This document shows positions 53,391-63,770 of a stretch of DNA of 64,000 bases, in pieces. The stretch covers positions 64,001-128,000 of the forward strand of contig CAVZMI010000014.1 in NCBI GenBank assembly GCA_963776275.1, written 5' to 3'. The notes beneath the pieces are model-generated. The model had not been told where the DNA came from. It was given only the letters and a program-made list of their open reading frames with translations, and made no database searches. A program made the position numbers and the translations under genes. Position 1 is the first letter of the stretch. Each line of letters opens with the position of its first letter. Origin of the DNA: Ignavibacteriota bacterium (GTDB lineage Bacteria > Bacteroidota > Ignavibacteria > UBA10030 > CAVZMI01).

Positions 53391-53460
53391 TGAATAATAA
53401 ATACATAGATGTTCAAATAGTAGCCATTTTGTGCCATTAATTAACCAAATAGCGTACGGG
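53391..53460 (-). promoter_or_regulatory. Conserved ~70-bp promoter/operator element, copy 2
   Basis: The reverse complement matches copy 1 at 66 of 70 positions and points into the minus-strand operon. Confidence 0.78.
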
Positions 53461-53912
53461 CGAAATTTTAGATTGTTTTATATAATGTACAAAAGCTATT
53501 CCATTTTTGCCACCATAAAGGAGGAGGTATATTTTCAGGAGACGCTTTCAAACGAGAGAAGAAGCTCGTCGAATATTTTTTAGATACCTGGGAATTTTTT
53601 TGGGGGGAGTCGGCGGCACGCGTCTCTCGGTTTAAAAAAATCACCAGTTGTAATTGAACGGCAATAAAATATATTGTTATGATTCACAGTCAATTTTTTG
53701 CGTTAAGCTCCACGTGAGGTATGATGAACGGAATTATTTTTTCCTGAGTAATGCGACTACTATTTCAAATTATAGAGATAATGGAGAATAAACTAAAGTT
53801 ATTGAATAGAGCAAGAGGCTCTCTTAAGCCGGGGGTACTGCTATAACCTTCAAGTCGGCAGATTCAATGAAGCTAAAAAAAGTTATATTTCTCATATTTT
53901 AAAAGGACATTC

Positions 53913-55457
53913 GTGATGAAACACATAAGGCAACGAAGAAGTGTTCGGACCTGCATTAGGGGCGTGGTGAGTGTTGTGCTTTTGCATGGTATGGCGTTCT
54001 TTCCGCAGATCCACGCTCAAGGGACTAATGATGCAGTTCTTTATTTAGACAGTATTAAGCAGGTCATCAGAGGATTCGGTGCGGCAAATATACTTCCCTG
54101 GCGTCCTGATATGACAATGGATGAAATAGAGAAAGCTTTTGGTACCGAGACAGGTCAAATCGGATTTACAATACTGCGTCTCCGTGTCCCACACCAGACA
54201 AATGAATTTGGACTCAATATTCCTACCGCTCAATTGGCCAGCTCAATGGGAGTGACAATTATTGCGTCACCCTGGACACCACCTTACTGGATGAAAACGA
54301 GTAAAAGCATAGTAGGTGGCAAACTATACGATACTTCATACGCTTCCTATGCAGCCCATTTGAAATCTTTTGCCGATTATATGTCAAATAACGACGCACC
54401 ATTGCATGCCATCTCGGTTCAAAACGAACCTGACATTTCGGTAACTTATGAATCGTGTGATTGGACTGCCTCAGAAATGCTCAGATTTGTGAAAGAAAAT
54501 GCACCGTCTATTGGTACGAATATCATCGTTCCCGAGTCGTTTCATTTCGACCATGCCTTATCCGATCCTATACTCAATGATTCTGTCGCTGCTGCAAATG
54601 TTTCAATAATAGGAGGACATATTTATGGAGGAGGGCTTGGCAGCTATCCCCTCGCTGCCAGCAAAGGGAAAGAATTGTGGATGACAGAATATCTGAATGT
54701 TGATACATCCTGGACAGCCGTTCTTGCTACCGGCAGCCAAATTAATGATTGTATGAATGTCGGTATGAACGCTTATGTCTGGTGGTATATTGTAAGATTT
54801 TACGGACCGATTAATGAAAATGGAAACGTAACAAAACGCGGTTATGTGATGTCGCAATATGCAAGATTTATCCGTCCCGGATTTGTACGAGTCTTGGCTA
54901 CAATACCTCCGCGGAGATTGCTCACTATAACGGCATATAAAAGCGATTCTAAATTAATCATCGTAGTTGTGAATTCAGGTTCGTCTTCAATAGAACAAAC
55001 GTTTAGAATACAGAACCTTTCAGGCGGAACTGCGGTCTTTACGCCATATGTTACCTCCCAGACCAAAAATTGCGCTCAGGAGAGTGATATTACGCTATTA
55101 AATGGTAGTTTTACCACTACGCTCGATGGATCGAGTATAACAACTTTTGTGGCTGAAGATATTTCAAGTGTAGGTGATATCTCTGTGGTTCCACAAACGA
55201 TCACGCTATCTCAGAACTATCCGAATCCGTTCAACCCGACGACCCGGATTGCCTACACTATTCCTCAGACCGGGTATGTCTCGCTCAAAGTTTACAATCT
55301 CCTCGGCCAAGAGGTGGCAACACTGTTTGAAGGCACTTGTCATCCGGGCCGATATGAAGCTACGTTCGACGCCGCCGGACTTGCGAGTGGTGTGTATTTC
55401 TACCGGCTGAGCGCCGGGCATTTCGCCGAAACGAAGAAACTCTTGTTACTTAGATGA
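53913..55457 (+). CDS. xynC: GH30_8 glucuronoxylanase with T9SS CTD
   Basis: QVIRGFG, ASPWTPP, SVQNEPD, PESF, GGHIYG, LWMTE, AYVWWYIVRFYGP, KRGYVMSQYARFIRPG. Confidence 0.88.
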   Translation: MMKHIRQRRSVRTCIRGVVSVVLLHGMAFFPQIHAQGTNDAVLYLDSIKQVIRGFGAANILPWRPDMTMDEIEKAFGTETGQIGFTILRLRVPHQTNEFGLNIPTAQLASSMGVTIIASPWTPPYWMKTSKSIVGGKLYDTSYASYAAHLKSFADYMSNNDAPLHAISVQNEPDISVTYESCDWTASEMLRFVKENAPSIGTNIIVPESFHFDHALSDPILNDSVAAANVSIIGGHIYGGGLGSYPLAASKGKELWMTEYLNVDTSWTAVLATGSQINDCMNVGMNAYVWWYIVRFYGPINENGNVTKRGYVMSQYARFIRPGFVRVLATIPPRRLLTITAYKSDSKLIIVVVNSGSSSIEQTFRIQNLSGGTAVFTPYVTSQTKNCAQESDITLLNGSFTTTLDGSSITTFVAEDISSVGDISVVPQTITLSQNYPNPFNPTTRIAYTIPQTGYVSLKVYNLLGQEVATLFEGTCHPGRYEATFDAAGLASGVYFYRLSAGHFAETKKLLLLR

Positions 55458-55571
55458 AAAGATAACTTGATATGATAAATAAAATTATATTTCCGTTACT
55501 TGTATTAATTTCATTGAACCTTACTGCGGGTTGAACCGAGAAAAATTATCCTGATACATGTTCCTCACTTG

Positions 55572-55635
55572 CGCTATTTGGTTAATTAATAGTCTTAAAT
55601 GGCTACTATCTGAACATCCCTGTATTTATCATTCA
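55572..55635 (+). promoter_or_regulatory. Conserved promoter/operator element, copy 3
   Basis: cgctatttggttaattaatagtcttaaatggctactatctgaacatccctgtatttatcattca, upstream of the GH43 genes. Confidence 0.75.
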
Positions 55636-55751
55636 TGATGAGATGAATGAGTAATTGCTGCCGCTTTACTCTGAAATCATTAACGCTCGTGAAGTGATTT
55701 TACTTCATTAATAAAATCTTTTATTCTATATGTAATGGAGCCCGCTGATAA

Positions 55752-58034
55752 ATGAACAGAATTTTTACGTTACTGCTTTTTTGCGTTATAGCGTACAGCT
55801 ATAGTCTCTGTCAATCTCCCTCGTTCGATACATTTACAAATCCGGTCATTCCGGGTGATCATCCTGATTGTACGTTGACAAAAATCGGGAACGATTTTTA
55901 TACAACCGGATCGTCGTTCAATCCGACGCCGGTGATTTATCACTCGACAGATCTGGTCCATTGGGAAGCCATTGCGCAGCCGGTGAGCGCTGCATGGTCA
56001 AATTATGGCGACGCACCTGGAGGAGGATGCTGGGGAGGACAGATAGTATACTACAATAATAAATATTGGGATTTTTTCGGAAGAGCTTTTGTCATGTACT
56101 TTGTCACTGCAGATGCACCAGAAGGGCCATGGAGTACGCCAACTCTCATGAATGTCCCGCCACCTGTTCCTGGTTTTGGTGCCGATAATTCTATCTTCAT
56201 TGATGACGACGGAAAATGGTACCTCCTGGTAAAAAACGGACGGGAAAACAACTGGATAGTGGAACTTGGAAGTAATGGCCAGCCGCAGGGAGCTATTTAC
56301 GATTTACGATGGCTCAATCCTGCCCCTTCGTATCCATATAGCTGGGCTGAAGGTCCGGTAATGTGGAAACACAATGACTACTATTATTATTCTTTTGCGC
56401 GCGATGTTGGCGGCGGGCAAAAAGTTTTTCGAAGTACTACGCTGACCGACGATAAAAATTCGTGGGAAAACCTTGGTGATTTCTTTAATGAAAGTGATCC
56501 GTTGAAATATCAATCATTATTTCAAAACCCGAACCACAGTTCTGCCGCTATAGAACTGGACGATGGTACAAGCTGGGTTGTTCATCCTGTATGGCGTAGG
56601 GGAGTGTCGAATGAATGGCTGGGTCAGGGCAGGCAGGGATTGCTCAACCAGGTTATTTATGATGCTAATGATAAACCAATAGCCGATTATCCTGTGAACC
56701 AGCCGAAGGATGCTCCGAAATTGCCAAGCAGCGGCATTCCATGGATGGTGCCTCATTCGGATTTTTTTGATTCCGTCAAAGTAAATCCCGAGTGGTCATT
56801 TTTGGGATATACCCCTAATAATACCTATTCGCTGACCGATCGTCCCGGTTGGCTGCGTTTGTCACCGAAGAGTAGTTCAAAAGCCAATACTGTTATCAAG
56901 AATGATGGAGAGCATAATTACTCATTAATAACCCGTCTCGAATTCGATGCGATGTCAAAAAATGATGAAGCAGGGCTTCGAATTATAAGAGGGGATGCAA
57001 CAAAATATGTCAAACTGGCCAGTTCACTGAATGCGGATGGAAAGAGAATCATTTTTTTTAGTTTTGAAAATACAAGGTATGAGGTTGAAAACAGCGTTGG
57101 TGATACTCTGTGGCTCAGAATGATTAGGGTCAACCATAAAATAGGCGGGTATTATAGCAGCAATGGCAATGACTGGGTAAAAGTCGGTCAAGACGTCGAC
57201 ATTAGTTCGATAGACTCATATACAGATCCTGGCTACCAAGTTTGGGAAGGAACCAGACAAGGTTTATATGTTCAGGGAAGTGCAGCCTTTTTCGATCTTT
57301 ACATTTATCGCGATGCACATACACCTATTCTGGCAGAATGCCCTGCAAACCAGCTCGGTACCACGAGAGCGGTTAAAAGTCAGGATGTCACGGTTCTCGA
57401 TAATATACATGCGAACGACTGGGCGCTGTATGCCGGGGTGGAATTCGGCTCCAACGATTATCCGATAAAGAACGATTCGCTGATCGTTACCGCTTCATCT
57501 GTTGCATCGGGAAATGCCGTCGAAGTGTGGCTCGACTCGCTCGATACCGGCACGAAAATCGGCGAGTGCACTATCGGCAATACGGGTTCACTGAATACAT
57601 TCAAAACGTTCACCGCCGGTGTATCGTCTCCCGTTTACGGAAAGCACGATGTGTATCTGAAATTTACCGGAACGGGAACGGACAAACTGTTCCAGCTCCG
57701 AACATTCTATTTTTCGGATACGACGTATTCCAGTACTTCGATCGGAGAGTTGCCCTCAAACGGGACGCCCAAATCATTTTATCTCGGACAGAACTATCCC
57801 AATCCTTTCAATCCGTCGACAACAATTCAATTCTCTATCCCGAGAAATTCGTTTGTGACTCTGCGATTGTTCGACGCGCTGGGGAAGCACGTCAACGATC
57901 TGGTGTCGGAGAAGCTTCAAGCGGGTGACTATCGTATTCAATGGAACGCTCAGAATTTGGCCAGCGGAGTGTATTTCTATCGGTTGATGGCCGGTAATTT
58001 TTCCGAGACCAAGAAGACAGTGTTGATGAAGTGA
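55752..58034 (+). CDS. GH43 beta-xylosidase/arabinofuranosidase + GH43 C-domain + CBM6 + T9SS CTD
   Basis: NPVIPGDHPD, STDLVHWE, DNSIFIDDDG, AEGP, RPGWLRL, CBM6 G.HDVYLKF, CTD. Confidence 0.88.
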   Translation: MNRIFTLLLFCVIAYSYSLCQSPSFDTFTNPVIPGDHPDCTLTKIGNDFYTTGSSFNPTPVIYHSTDLVHWEAIAQPVSAAWSNYGDAPGGGCWGGQIVYYNNKYWDFFGRAFVMYFVTADAPEGPWSTPTLMNVPPPVPGFGADNSIFIDDDGKWYLLVKNGRENNWIVELGSNGQPQGAIYDLRWLNPAPSYPYSWAEGPVMWKHNDYYYYSFARDVGGGQKVFRSTTLTDDKNSWENLGDFFNESDPLKYQSLFQNPNHSSAAIELDDGTSWVVHPVWRRGVSNEWLGQGRQGLLNQVIYDANDKPIADYPVNQPKDAPKLPSSGIPWMVPHSDFFDSVKVNPEWSFLGYTPNNTYSLTDRPGWLRLSPKSSSKANTVIKNDGEHNYSLITRLEFDAMSKNDEAGLRIIRGDATKYVKLASSLNADGKRIIFFSFENTRYEVENSVGDTLWLRMIRVNHKIGGYYSSNGNDWVKVGQDVDISSIDSYTDPGYQVWEGTRQGLYVQGSAAFFDLYIYRDAHTPILAECPANQLGTTRAVKSQDVTVLDNIHANDWALYAGVEFGSNDYPIKNDSLIVTASSVASGNAVEVWLDSLDTGTKIGECTIGNTGSLNTFKTFTAGVSSPVYGKHDVYLKFTGTGTDKLFQLRTFYFSDTTYSSTSIGELPSNGTPKSFYLGQNYPNPFNPSTTIQFSIPRNSFVTLRLFDALGKHVNDLVSEKLQAGDYRIQWNAQNLASGVYFYRLMAGNFSETKKTVLMK

Positions 58035-58198
58035 TATTCTTTCAATCCATGGAGTTGGCGCACCGGTAGGACGGACGTTCCCGAGGCGCCTGTATACAAC
58101 AGAATAGATAAGAGTGCACATCGAGGCAGTCTCCAAAGAAATTATTCCTTCGAACTATATGTTCAATACCCTCGAGATATAACGAAATAGGAGGAGAG

Positions 58199-61100
58199 AT
58201 GAAAAAGGTCACTGGAAGAATAGTATGTCGATCAGCTTCTTTCATGTTTCTCGTCAGCGTCATTATGTATGCGCAGCCTTCGCAATCTCCGAGAACATTC
58301 TGCAATCCCATGAACCTCAGTTATCGGTTCATGGTGGATGCCGTTGACGCACGTGAAGCGGCAGATCCGGTAGTGGTATTATTCAAGGACGATTACTATC
58401 TGTTCGCATCGCGCTCAGGAGGATATTGGTGGTCAAGCGATATGCACAACTGGACATTTGTGATTCCCAGCGGCTTGACCATCATAGAAGATTACGCTCC
58501 CGGTCTGGTAGTTATGAGAGATACTCTGTTTTATATAGGGGGCGCCGGTGGTCAGGTGTTTAAATCCGCAGACCCGAAATCGGGTAAGTGGACAATCGGA
58601 AGCAGCATTAAAGCCTACGGCGATCCCGCCCTCCTCCTCGATGATGACGGAAAACTTTATATGTACTACGGCGTTTCAAATGTGAATCCCATCAGTGTGG
58701 TTGAACTTGATCCGTATTCATTCAGTGAAATCGGTGCCCCGGTCACTCTATTTGGTTCACACGCGTCTTCTTACGGCTGGGAACGACGCGGCGATGATAA
58801 TCTTCTGGATGAACAGCCGTGGATTGAAGGATCCTGGATGGTCAAGTATGACAATAAGTATTACCTCCACTACTCAGCTCCTGGAACTGAATTTAAAACC
58901 TACGCACATGGTATCTATGTTTCGGATTCACCCAAAGGACCGTTTCAATATGCCGACTACAGTCCTTTTTCATTTAAACCCACCGGATTCATTTGCGGTG
59001 CAGGGCATGGATGCACGTTCAGGGATAAGAACGACAACTATTGGTGCGTCGCAACAATGACCATCTCGGTCAAACATATGTTTGAACGCCGACTCGGATT
59101 GTTTCCAGTTTCATTCGATGCTGACGGACATATCAATTGCAATACTGTCTTTGCCGACTATCCACAATATCTCCCCGGAGAAAAAAACGATCCGGGAATT
59201 GATAATCGAACGGGCATGATGCTTTTATCCCGGAACAAATATGTTACCGCTTCATCCTCGCTGTCAAATCACGGGGTCAACTATGCTGTCGACGAAGAAA
59301 TCCGCACCTATTGGTCTGCTCAAACCGGCAATGCCAATGAATGGTTAATGGTCGATTTGGGAAAAGAGTGTGATATCGAAGCAGTGCAAATAAATCTTGC
59401 GGAAGAAGGAACAACACCGGAACTTGTGCGGGGCCGCACGAATCCCGTCTACGAACAGTATGTCCTGCAGATTTCTAGCGATGGTACAAACTGGAACACA
59501 CTTGTCGACAAAAGCGGCAACACGCAAGATGTGCCTCATGATTATATCGAACTTGTCCAGGCAACCAAAGCGCAGTATGTAAAACTCATAAATGTCTTTA
59601 CACCAGGGAATGGGAAATTTGCTGTCCGCGACCTAAGAGTTTTCGGAAATTCAGGCAAAGCAGTCATCAACGATATTACGGGTATTACAGTCAACCGTAA
59701 TGCTGCCGACGGAAGAGATGCCGTCATCCGCTGGTCACCTGTCGACAGTGCTGACGGTTATATTGTACGGTACGGAATTGCCCCGGATAAATTATATAAC
59801 AATTATATCGTTTATGATGCCGATAGTATCTCAATTCACAGCTTAAATAAAAATGTTGAATATTTTTTCTCGGTGCAGTCCTTTGATAATGGTACCGATT
59901 ACTACATTCCTACCGGAGAATTCAAATCATACAAATCGGGAAACTGGAATGAAACCGATACCTGGCAGAGGTTTAACGGTACTCAATGGATTCATCCGGC
60001 CCCTGGTCTCCCCGCACTGACCGACGGACCCATCACGATTTGCGCAGGTCATACGGTCACGATTACCGCGAACGATTCGGCAAACCAGCTTGCGGCAGAT
60101 TCGGGCTCGACTCTTATCGTCAATCCGGGAACAACGTTCAGAGTCGTCGACGGAATAGGAACCGACTTCACGGTCGCCGGGACATTGAGGAATAACGGAA
60201 TAATCAATGGCGGCCCGTCTTCAACATTGAGTTTTATCGACGGGGGAACGTACGTTCATGAACGGGACAGTGGTACGATCCCATCCGCGGAATGGCGGAC
60301 GGGATCGACGTGCCGGATCGAAGGTATTACGGTGAACGCTCCTTCCAACGGAAACCAGAATTTTTATAATGTCGTCTGGGATTGCGTCAATCAGTCGGGA
60401 AATTCAAGCCTTCAATGGAACAATAACACTATCGGCGGTACCATCACAATAATCAACACGGGAACGGGAAGTTGGCAGATGTGCGAACCTTCTGCCGGCT
60501 CTTCGGTGAATGTTACATTGAACGGCGGTATCGTTCAATCCGGCGGCGCATTCACAACAAACGGGACAAACAATGCAGGCACGTCGGTAACAATATCACA
60601 GCGCGGCAATATTGCCGTGACGGGAGGAAACTTTTCGATAAGCAGCGGATCACAGGGGGGAACGGGAACGGCAGTATGGAACCTCGACGGGGATATGACT
60701 ATCAGCAATGCCACCGTGCACAATTCAAATCCTGCCGGCGGAAAATTCGTTATTACCGGAACACATATTCACAGCCTCACGCTCGGAGAAGGCAATACGT
60801 TAACGTCCCTTCCGATAGAAGTAGCCGGCTGTGCAACATTGAGTCTGGGAACGAGTGAATTGGTGGGTTCTGGCTTTTTTATACTCGATACCGGAGCCAC
60901 CGTGTTATCAGGACATCCCGACGGTATTAATGGCAATCTCAAAAATACCGGTACAAGAACTCTATACCCGGAAACTGGGTACGGTTTCAACGGTACCGCC
61001 GCTCAGGTAACCGGAGATTTGATGCCCGATGTAGTCAGAAATTTAATGATGGATAACACCGCGGGAGTAACCCTCTCAAAATCGGTAACCGTGAACGGTA

Positions 61101-62119
61101 TGCTTGAGATTAAGAAGGCGGGCCTTTCTCTTGGAAGTTACACACTTGTCTTCGGCCCGGAAGCGACATTAAAGTATTCCGGCACAACGGCAATGAGTAC
61201 CAGTAATGTCGAATTTCCCGCAACGGGAGGACCGAAGAACGTTTATATCGGTAACTCAAGCGCATCCGGAATCACGCTGCATGCGCAGCGGACTATTAAC
61301 GGTAATCTCCGTCTCTCAGGAAAATTCAGACTGTCAAACAATAATTTCACTGCGGCAACGGCAGACAGAGAAGGTATTACCGGCTTTGTCGTCACGAACG
61401 GCACCGGTTCTCTCGGCATCACGAATGTCGGGACGGAGAAGACCCTCTTTCCGCTCGGCTTATCTTTCTACGCACCGGTCTGGATCATCAACAACGGCGC
61501 GGTCGACGATGTATCGGCAAGAGTCGAATCCGCAACTCAATTGCTGCCCGACGGCGGTAGGGTTCGGGCAAAATGGACTTTGAGAGAAGGCACGGCCGGC
61601 GGCGGAAACTACACGGTGACATTCGGATGGATGACTCAGCTTGAGGACACAAAATTCACTCAGGACAGGAATGCGAATGCGGGCATTTTTCTATTCGCGT
61701 CGGATACTACCGAAGCGGGAACCGGCGGATACACAACGCAGTTCGATTCACCACCGTACACGATCTCACGCGGCGGAATAACCACACTTGGTTCGTTCGG
61801 GGTTGGTAAGTTCGGCACTATCACAGTTGGCGTCAAGAATTCAGAAATGGTACCAACCGACTTCAGTGTGAGTCAAAACTATCCTAATCCCTTTAATCCG
61901 GTAACTCGTATATCCTTCACTATCCCCGAAGATGTTCATGTTTCCTTGAAGGTTTTTAACGTCCTTGGAAAAGAAATTGCAACTATCGTTGATCGGAATA
62001 TGGAGAACGGCGAGCACACATATGAATGGAATGCATCTGATTTTTCTTCAGGTATTTACTTTTATAGGATAACTGCGGGAGATTTTGTCCAGACTAAAAA
62101 GATGATATTGTTAAAATAG
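58199..62119 (+). CDS. GH43 + discoidin (F5/8, CBM32-like) + FN3 + shared ~635-aa module + T9SS CTD
   Basis: READPVV-like motif, DPALLLDDDG, PWIEGSWM, GAGHG, AVDE..RTYW, WLMVDLG, CTD. Confidence 0.87.
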   Translation: MKKVTGRIVCRSASFMFLVSVIMYAQPSQSPRTFCNPMNLSYRFMVDAVDAREAADPVVVLFKDDYYLFASRSGGYWWSSDMHNWTFVIPSGLTIIEDYAPGLVVMRDTLFYIGGAGGQVFKSADPKSGKWTIGSSIKAYGDPALLLDDDGKLYMYYGVSNVNPISVVELDPYSFSEIGAPVTLFGSHASSYGWERRGDDNLLDEQPWIEGSWMVKYDNKYYLHYSAPGTEFKTYAHGIYVSDSPKGPFQYADYSPFSFKPTGFICGAGHGCTFRDKNDNYWCVATMTISVKHMFERRLGLFPVSFDADGHINCNTVFADYPQYLPGEKNDPGIDNRTGMMLLSRNKYVTASSSLSNHGVNYAVDEEIRTYWSAQTGNANEWLMVDLGKECDIEAVQINLAEEGTTPELVRGRTNPVYEQYVLQISSDGTNWNTLVDKSGNTQDVPHDYIELVQATKAQYVKLINVFTPGNGKFAVRDLRVFGNSGKAVINDITGITVNRNAADGRDAVIRWSPVDSADGYIVRYGIAPDKLYNNYIVYDADSISIHSLNKNVEYFFSVQSFDNGTDYYIPTGEFKSYKSGNWNETDTWQRFNGTQWIHPAPGLPALTDGPITICAGHTVTITANDSANQLAADSGSTLIVNPGTTFRVVDGIGTDFTVAGTLRNNGIINGGPSSTLSFIDGGTYVHERDSGTIPSAEWRTGSTCRIEGITVNAPSNGNQNFYNVVWDCVNQSGNSSLQWNNNTIGGTITIINTGTGSWQMCEPSAGSSVNVTLNGGIVQSGGAFTTNGTNNAGTSVTISQRGNIAVTGGNFSISSGSQGGTGTAVWNLDGDMTISNATVHNSNPAGGKFVITGTHIHSLTLGEGNTLTSLPIEVAGCATLSLGTSELVGSGFFILDTGATVLSGHPDGINGNLKNTGTRTLYPETGYGFNGTAAQVTGDLMPDVVRNLMMDNTAGVTLSKSVTVNGMLEIKKAGLSLGSYTLVFGPEATLKYSGTTAMSTSNVEFPATGGPKNVYIGNSSASGITLHAQRTINGNLRLSGKFRLSNNNFTAATADREGITGFVVTNGTGSLGITNVGTEKTLFPLGLSFYAPVWIINNGAVDDVSARVESATQLLPDGGRVRAKWTLREGTAGGGNYTVTFGWMTQLEDTKFTQDRNANAGIFLFASDTTEAGTGGYTTQFDSPPYTISRGGITTLGSFGVGKFGTITVGVKNSEMVPTDFSVSQNYPNPFNPVTRISFTIPEDVHVSLKVFNVLGKEIATIVDRNMENGEHTYEWNASDFSSGIYFYRITAGDFVQTKKMILLK

Positions 62120-62222
62120 TATCGTATTACAGAAACCTTAATTGAATTGTAATTGGCATTGAAGGTTATACATAATTAATGAAAACTCGAAAAAATAGAA
62201 TTTTTAGAGGAGTTTAATAAAT

Positions 62223-63770
62223 ATGAAAAGGAAGCTAAAACCAGGATTTTTTCTTCTTTTACTTTCGCTTTTACCATTGGGTACATTGCCAGCTCAAACT
62301 GCAAAGATTAAAATTGATATCGATAGGACAATAGGAGAAATCGACCCAAAAATTTACGGGGTATTCATGGAACCTATCGAATTTGACCCAAAGCGATTTG
62401 GTTCGAATGATACAATTATTCACAATACCCTTTATGGCACACTGTACGATCCTTCCTCTCCTCTCGCTAACGAAAACGGCTTTAAAAAGAATTTCATCGA
62501 GGCTGCACGAGAGCTTAAAATAACGAACATGCGCTGGCCGGGCGGTAACTATGTTGCAGGTTATAACTGGCAGGACGGTATTGGCCCGAAAGACCAACGG
62601 CCTGTTCGCAAAGAACTGGCATGGGGTGCTATTGACAATAACCAGGTCGGCACCGATGAATGGGTACAGTTAAATATGGCAATGGGTTCCGAGAATGTCA
62701 TTTGTATCAATCTTGGAACCGGAAACATCAATGATGCCCGCTATTGGGTTGAATATTGCAATTCGCCAAAAGGAACGTACTACGCCAACTTAAGAAAAAA
62801 ATATGGCCATGAAAAACCATATGGCATAAAATACTGGTGCCTGGGGAATGAAGTTGACGGTGAACCTTGGATTATGGGTTATAAGAACGCCGATGATTAC
62901 TGCAAAATTGCAAAAGAAGCTGCTAAAGTTATGCGGTACACCGATAATAGGATTAAGTGTATAGCGAATGGATCGTCGAATTACGATAATACTGGCAAGT
63001 GGGTTGACTGGAACTGGAAAATAATCAACGAATTAAGAAATGTTGCCGACTACATATCCATTCATCGCTATTGGGATTATTCCGACGATTACTATGTCTA
63101 TATCGGACAGCGGGCAATGGATCTAGAGGAAAAAATTAACATAACTGCTTCTCAAATTACAGCTGTTAAAACCATATACCGGTTACAAAAACCAATTTAT
63201 TTGTCAGTAGACGAATGGGCACCTTTCAGTAGAGGTTTATTACCTGTTCTGGCAGTAGCCCAGTATTTCAACTCTTTCATACGTCATGCCGATGTAGTTA
63301 AAATGGCAAACTATACCATGTTTACATCACTATTGAGCAACGACAGGGAAAAAGGAACGTTCAAAACGCCATTGTTTTACACATTCAAATTATTTTCGAA
63401 CAATTGCCTTGGTAACTCTATCGACGCTTATGTACGCTGCGATACTTTTAATACAAACGATTGCAAAGGAATTCCATACCTTGATGTAACATCCGTTTAT
63501 GGAAAAGAAACAAATACCCTCCTGATCAATGTTGTAAACCGTCATAAAGACAAAGCCATTAGTACAGAGATAATAAGTAATTCGGGCTCGTTCTCCGGGA
63601 ACGCCCTAATAAGTGAGGTAAACTGCGATGATATTCACGCAGAGTTCACTTTTGACAAACAACAACAATATAACCCCATAACCAAAGAAATGCTGGTTGA
63701 AGGAAACACGATGACCTATTCTTTCCCTGCCCATTCATTTGTTCAAATACAGGTGAAGATTAAAAAATAA
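62223..63770 (+). CDS. abfA: GH51 alpha-L-arabinofuranosidase
   Basis: IYGVFME, RWPGG, WQDGIGP...RP, VEYCN, WCLGNE, SIHRY, VDEW, VKMAN. Confidence 0.93.
   Translation: MKRKLKPGFFLLLLSLLPLGTLPAQTAKIKIDIDRTIGEIDPKIYGVFMEPIEFDPKRFGSNDTIIHNTLYGTLYDPSSPLANENGFKKNFIEAARELKITNMRWPGGNYVAGYNWQDGIGPKDQRPVRKELAWGAIDNNQVGTDEWVQLNMAMGSENVICINLGTGNINDARYWVEYCNSPKGTYYANLRKKYGHEKPYGIKYWCLGNEVDGEPWIMGYKNADDYCKIAKEAAKVMRYTDNRIKCIANGSSNYDNTGKWVDWNWKIINELRNVADYISIHRYWDYSDDYYVYIGQRAMDLEEKINITASQITAVKTIYRLQKPIYLSVDEWAPFSRGLLPVLAVAQYFNSFIRHADVVKMANYTMFTSLLSNDREKGTFKTPLFYTFKLFSNNCLGNSIDAYVRCDTFNTNDCKGIPYLDVTSVYGKETNTLLINVVNRHKDKAISTEIISNSGSFSGNALISEVNCDDIHAEFTFDKQQQYNPITKEMLVEGNTMTYSFPAHSFVQIQVKIKK

Noticed and set aside
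35073-55635. The 70-bp repeats as a CRISPR array
   Set aside because: Dispersed, too long, no spacers and no cas genes
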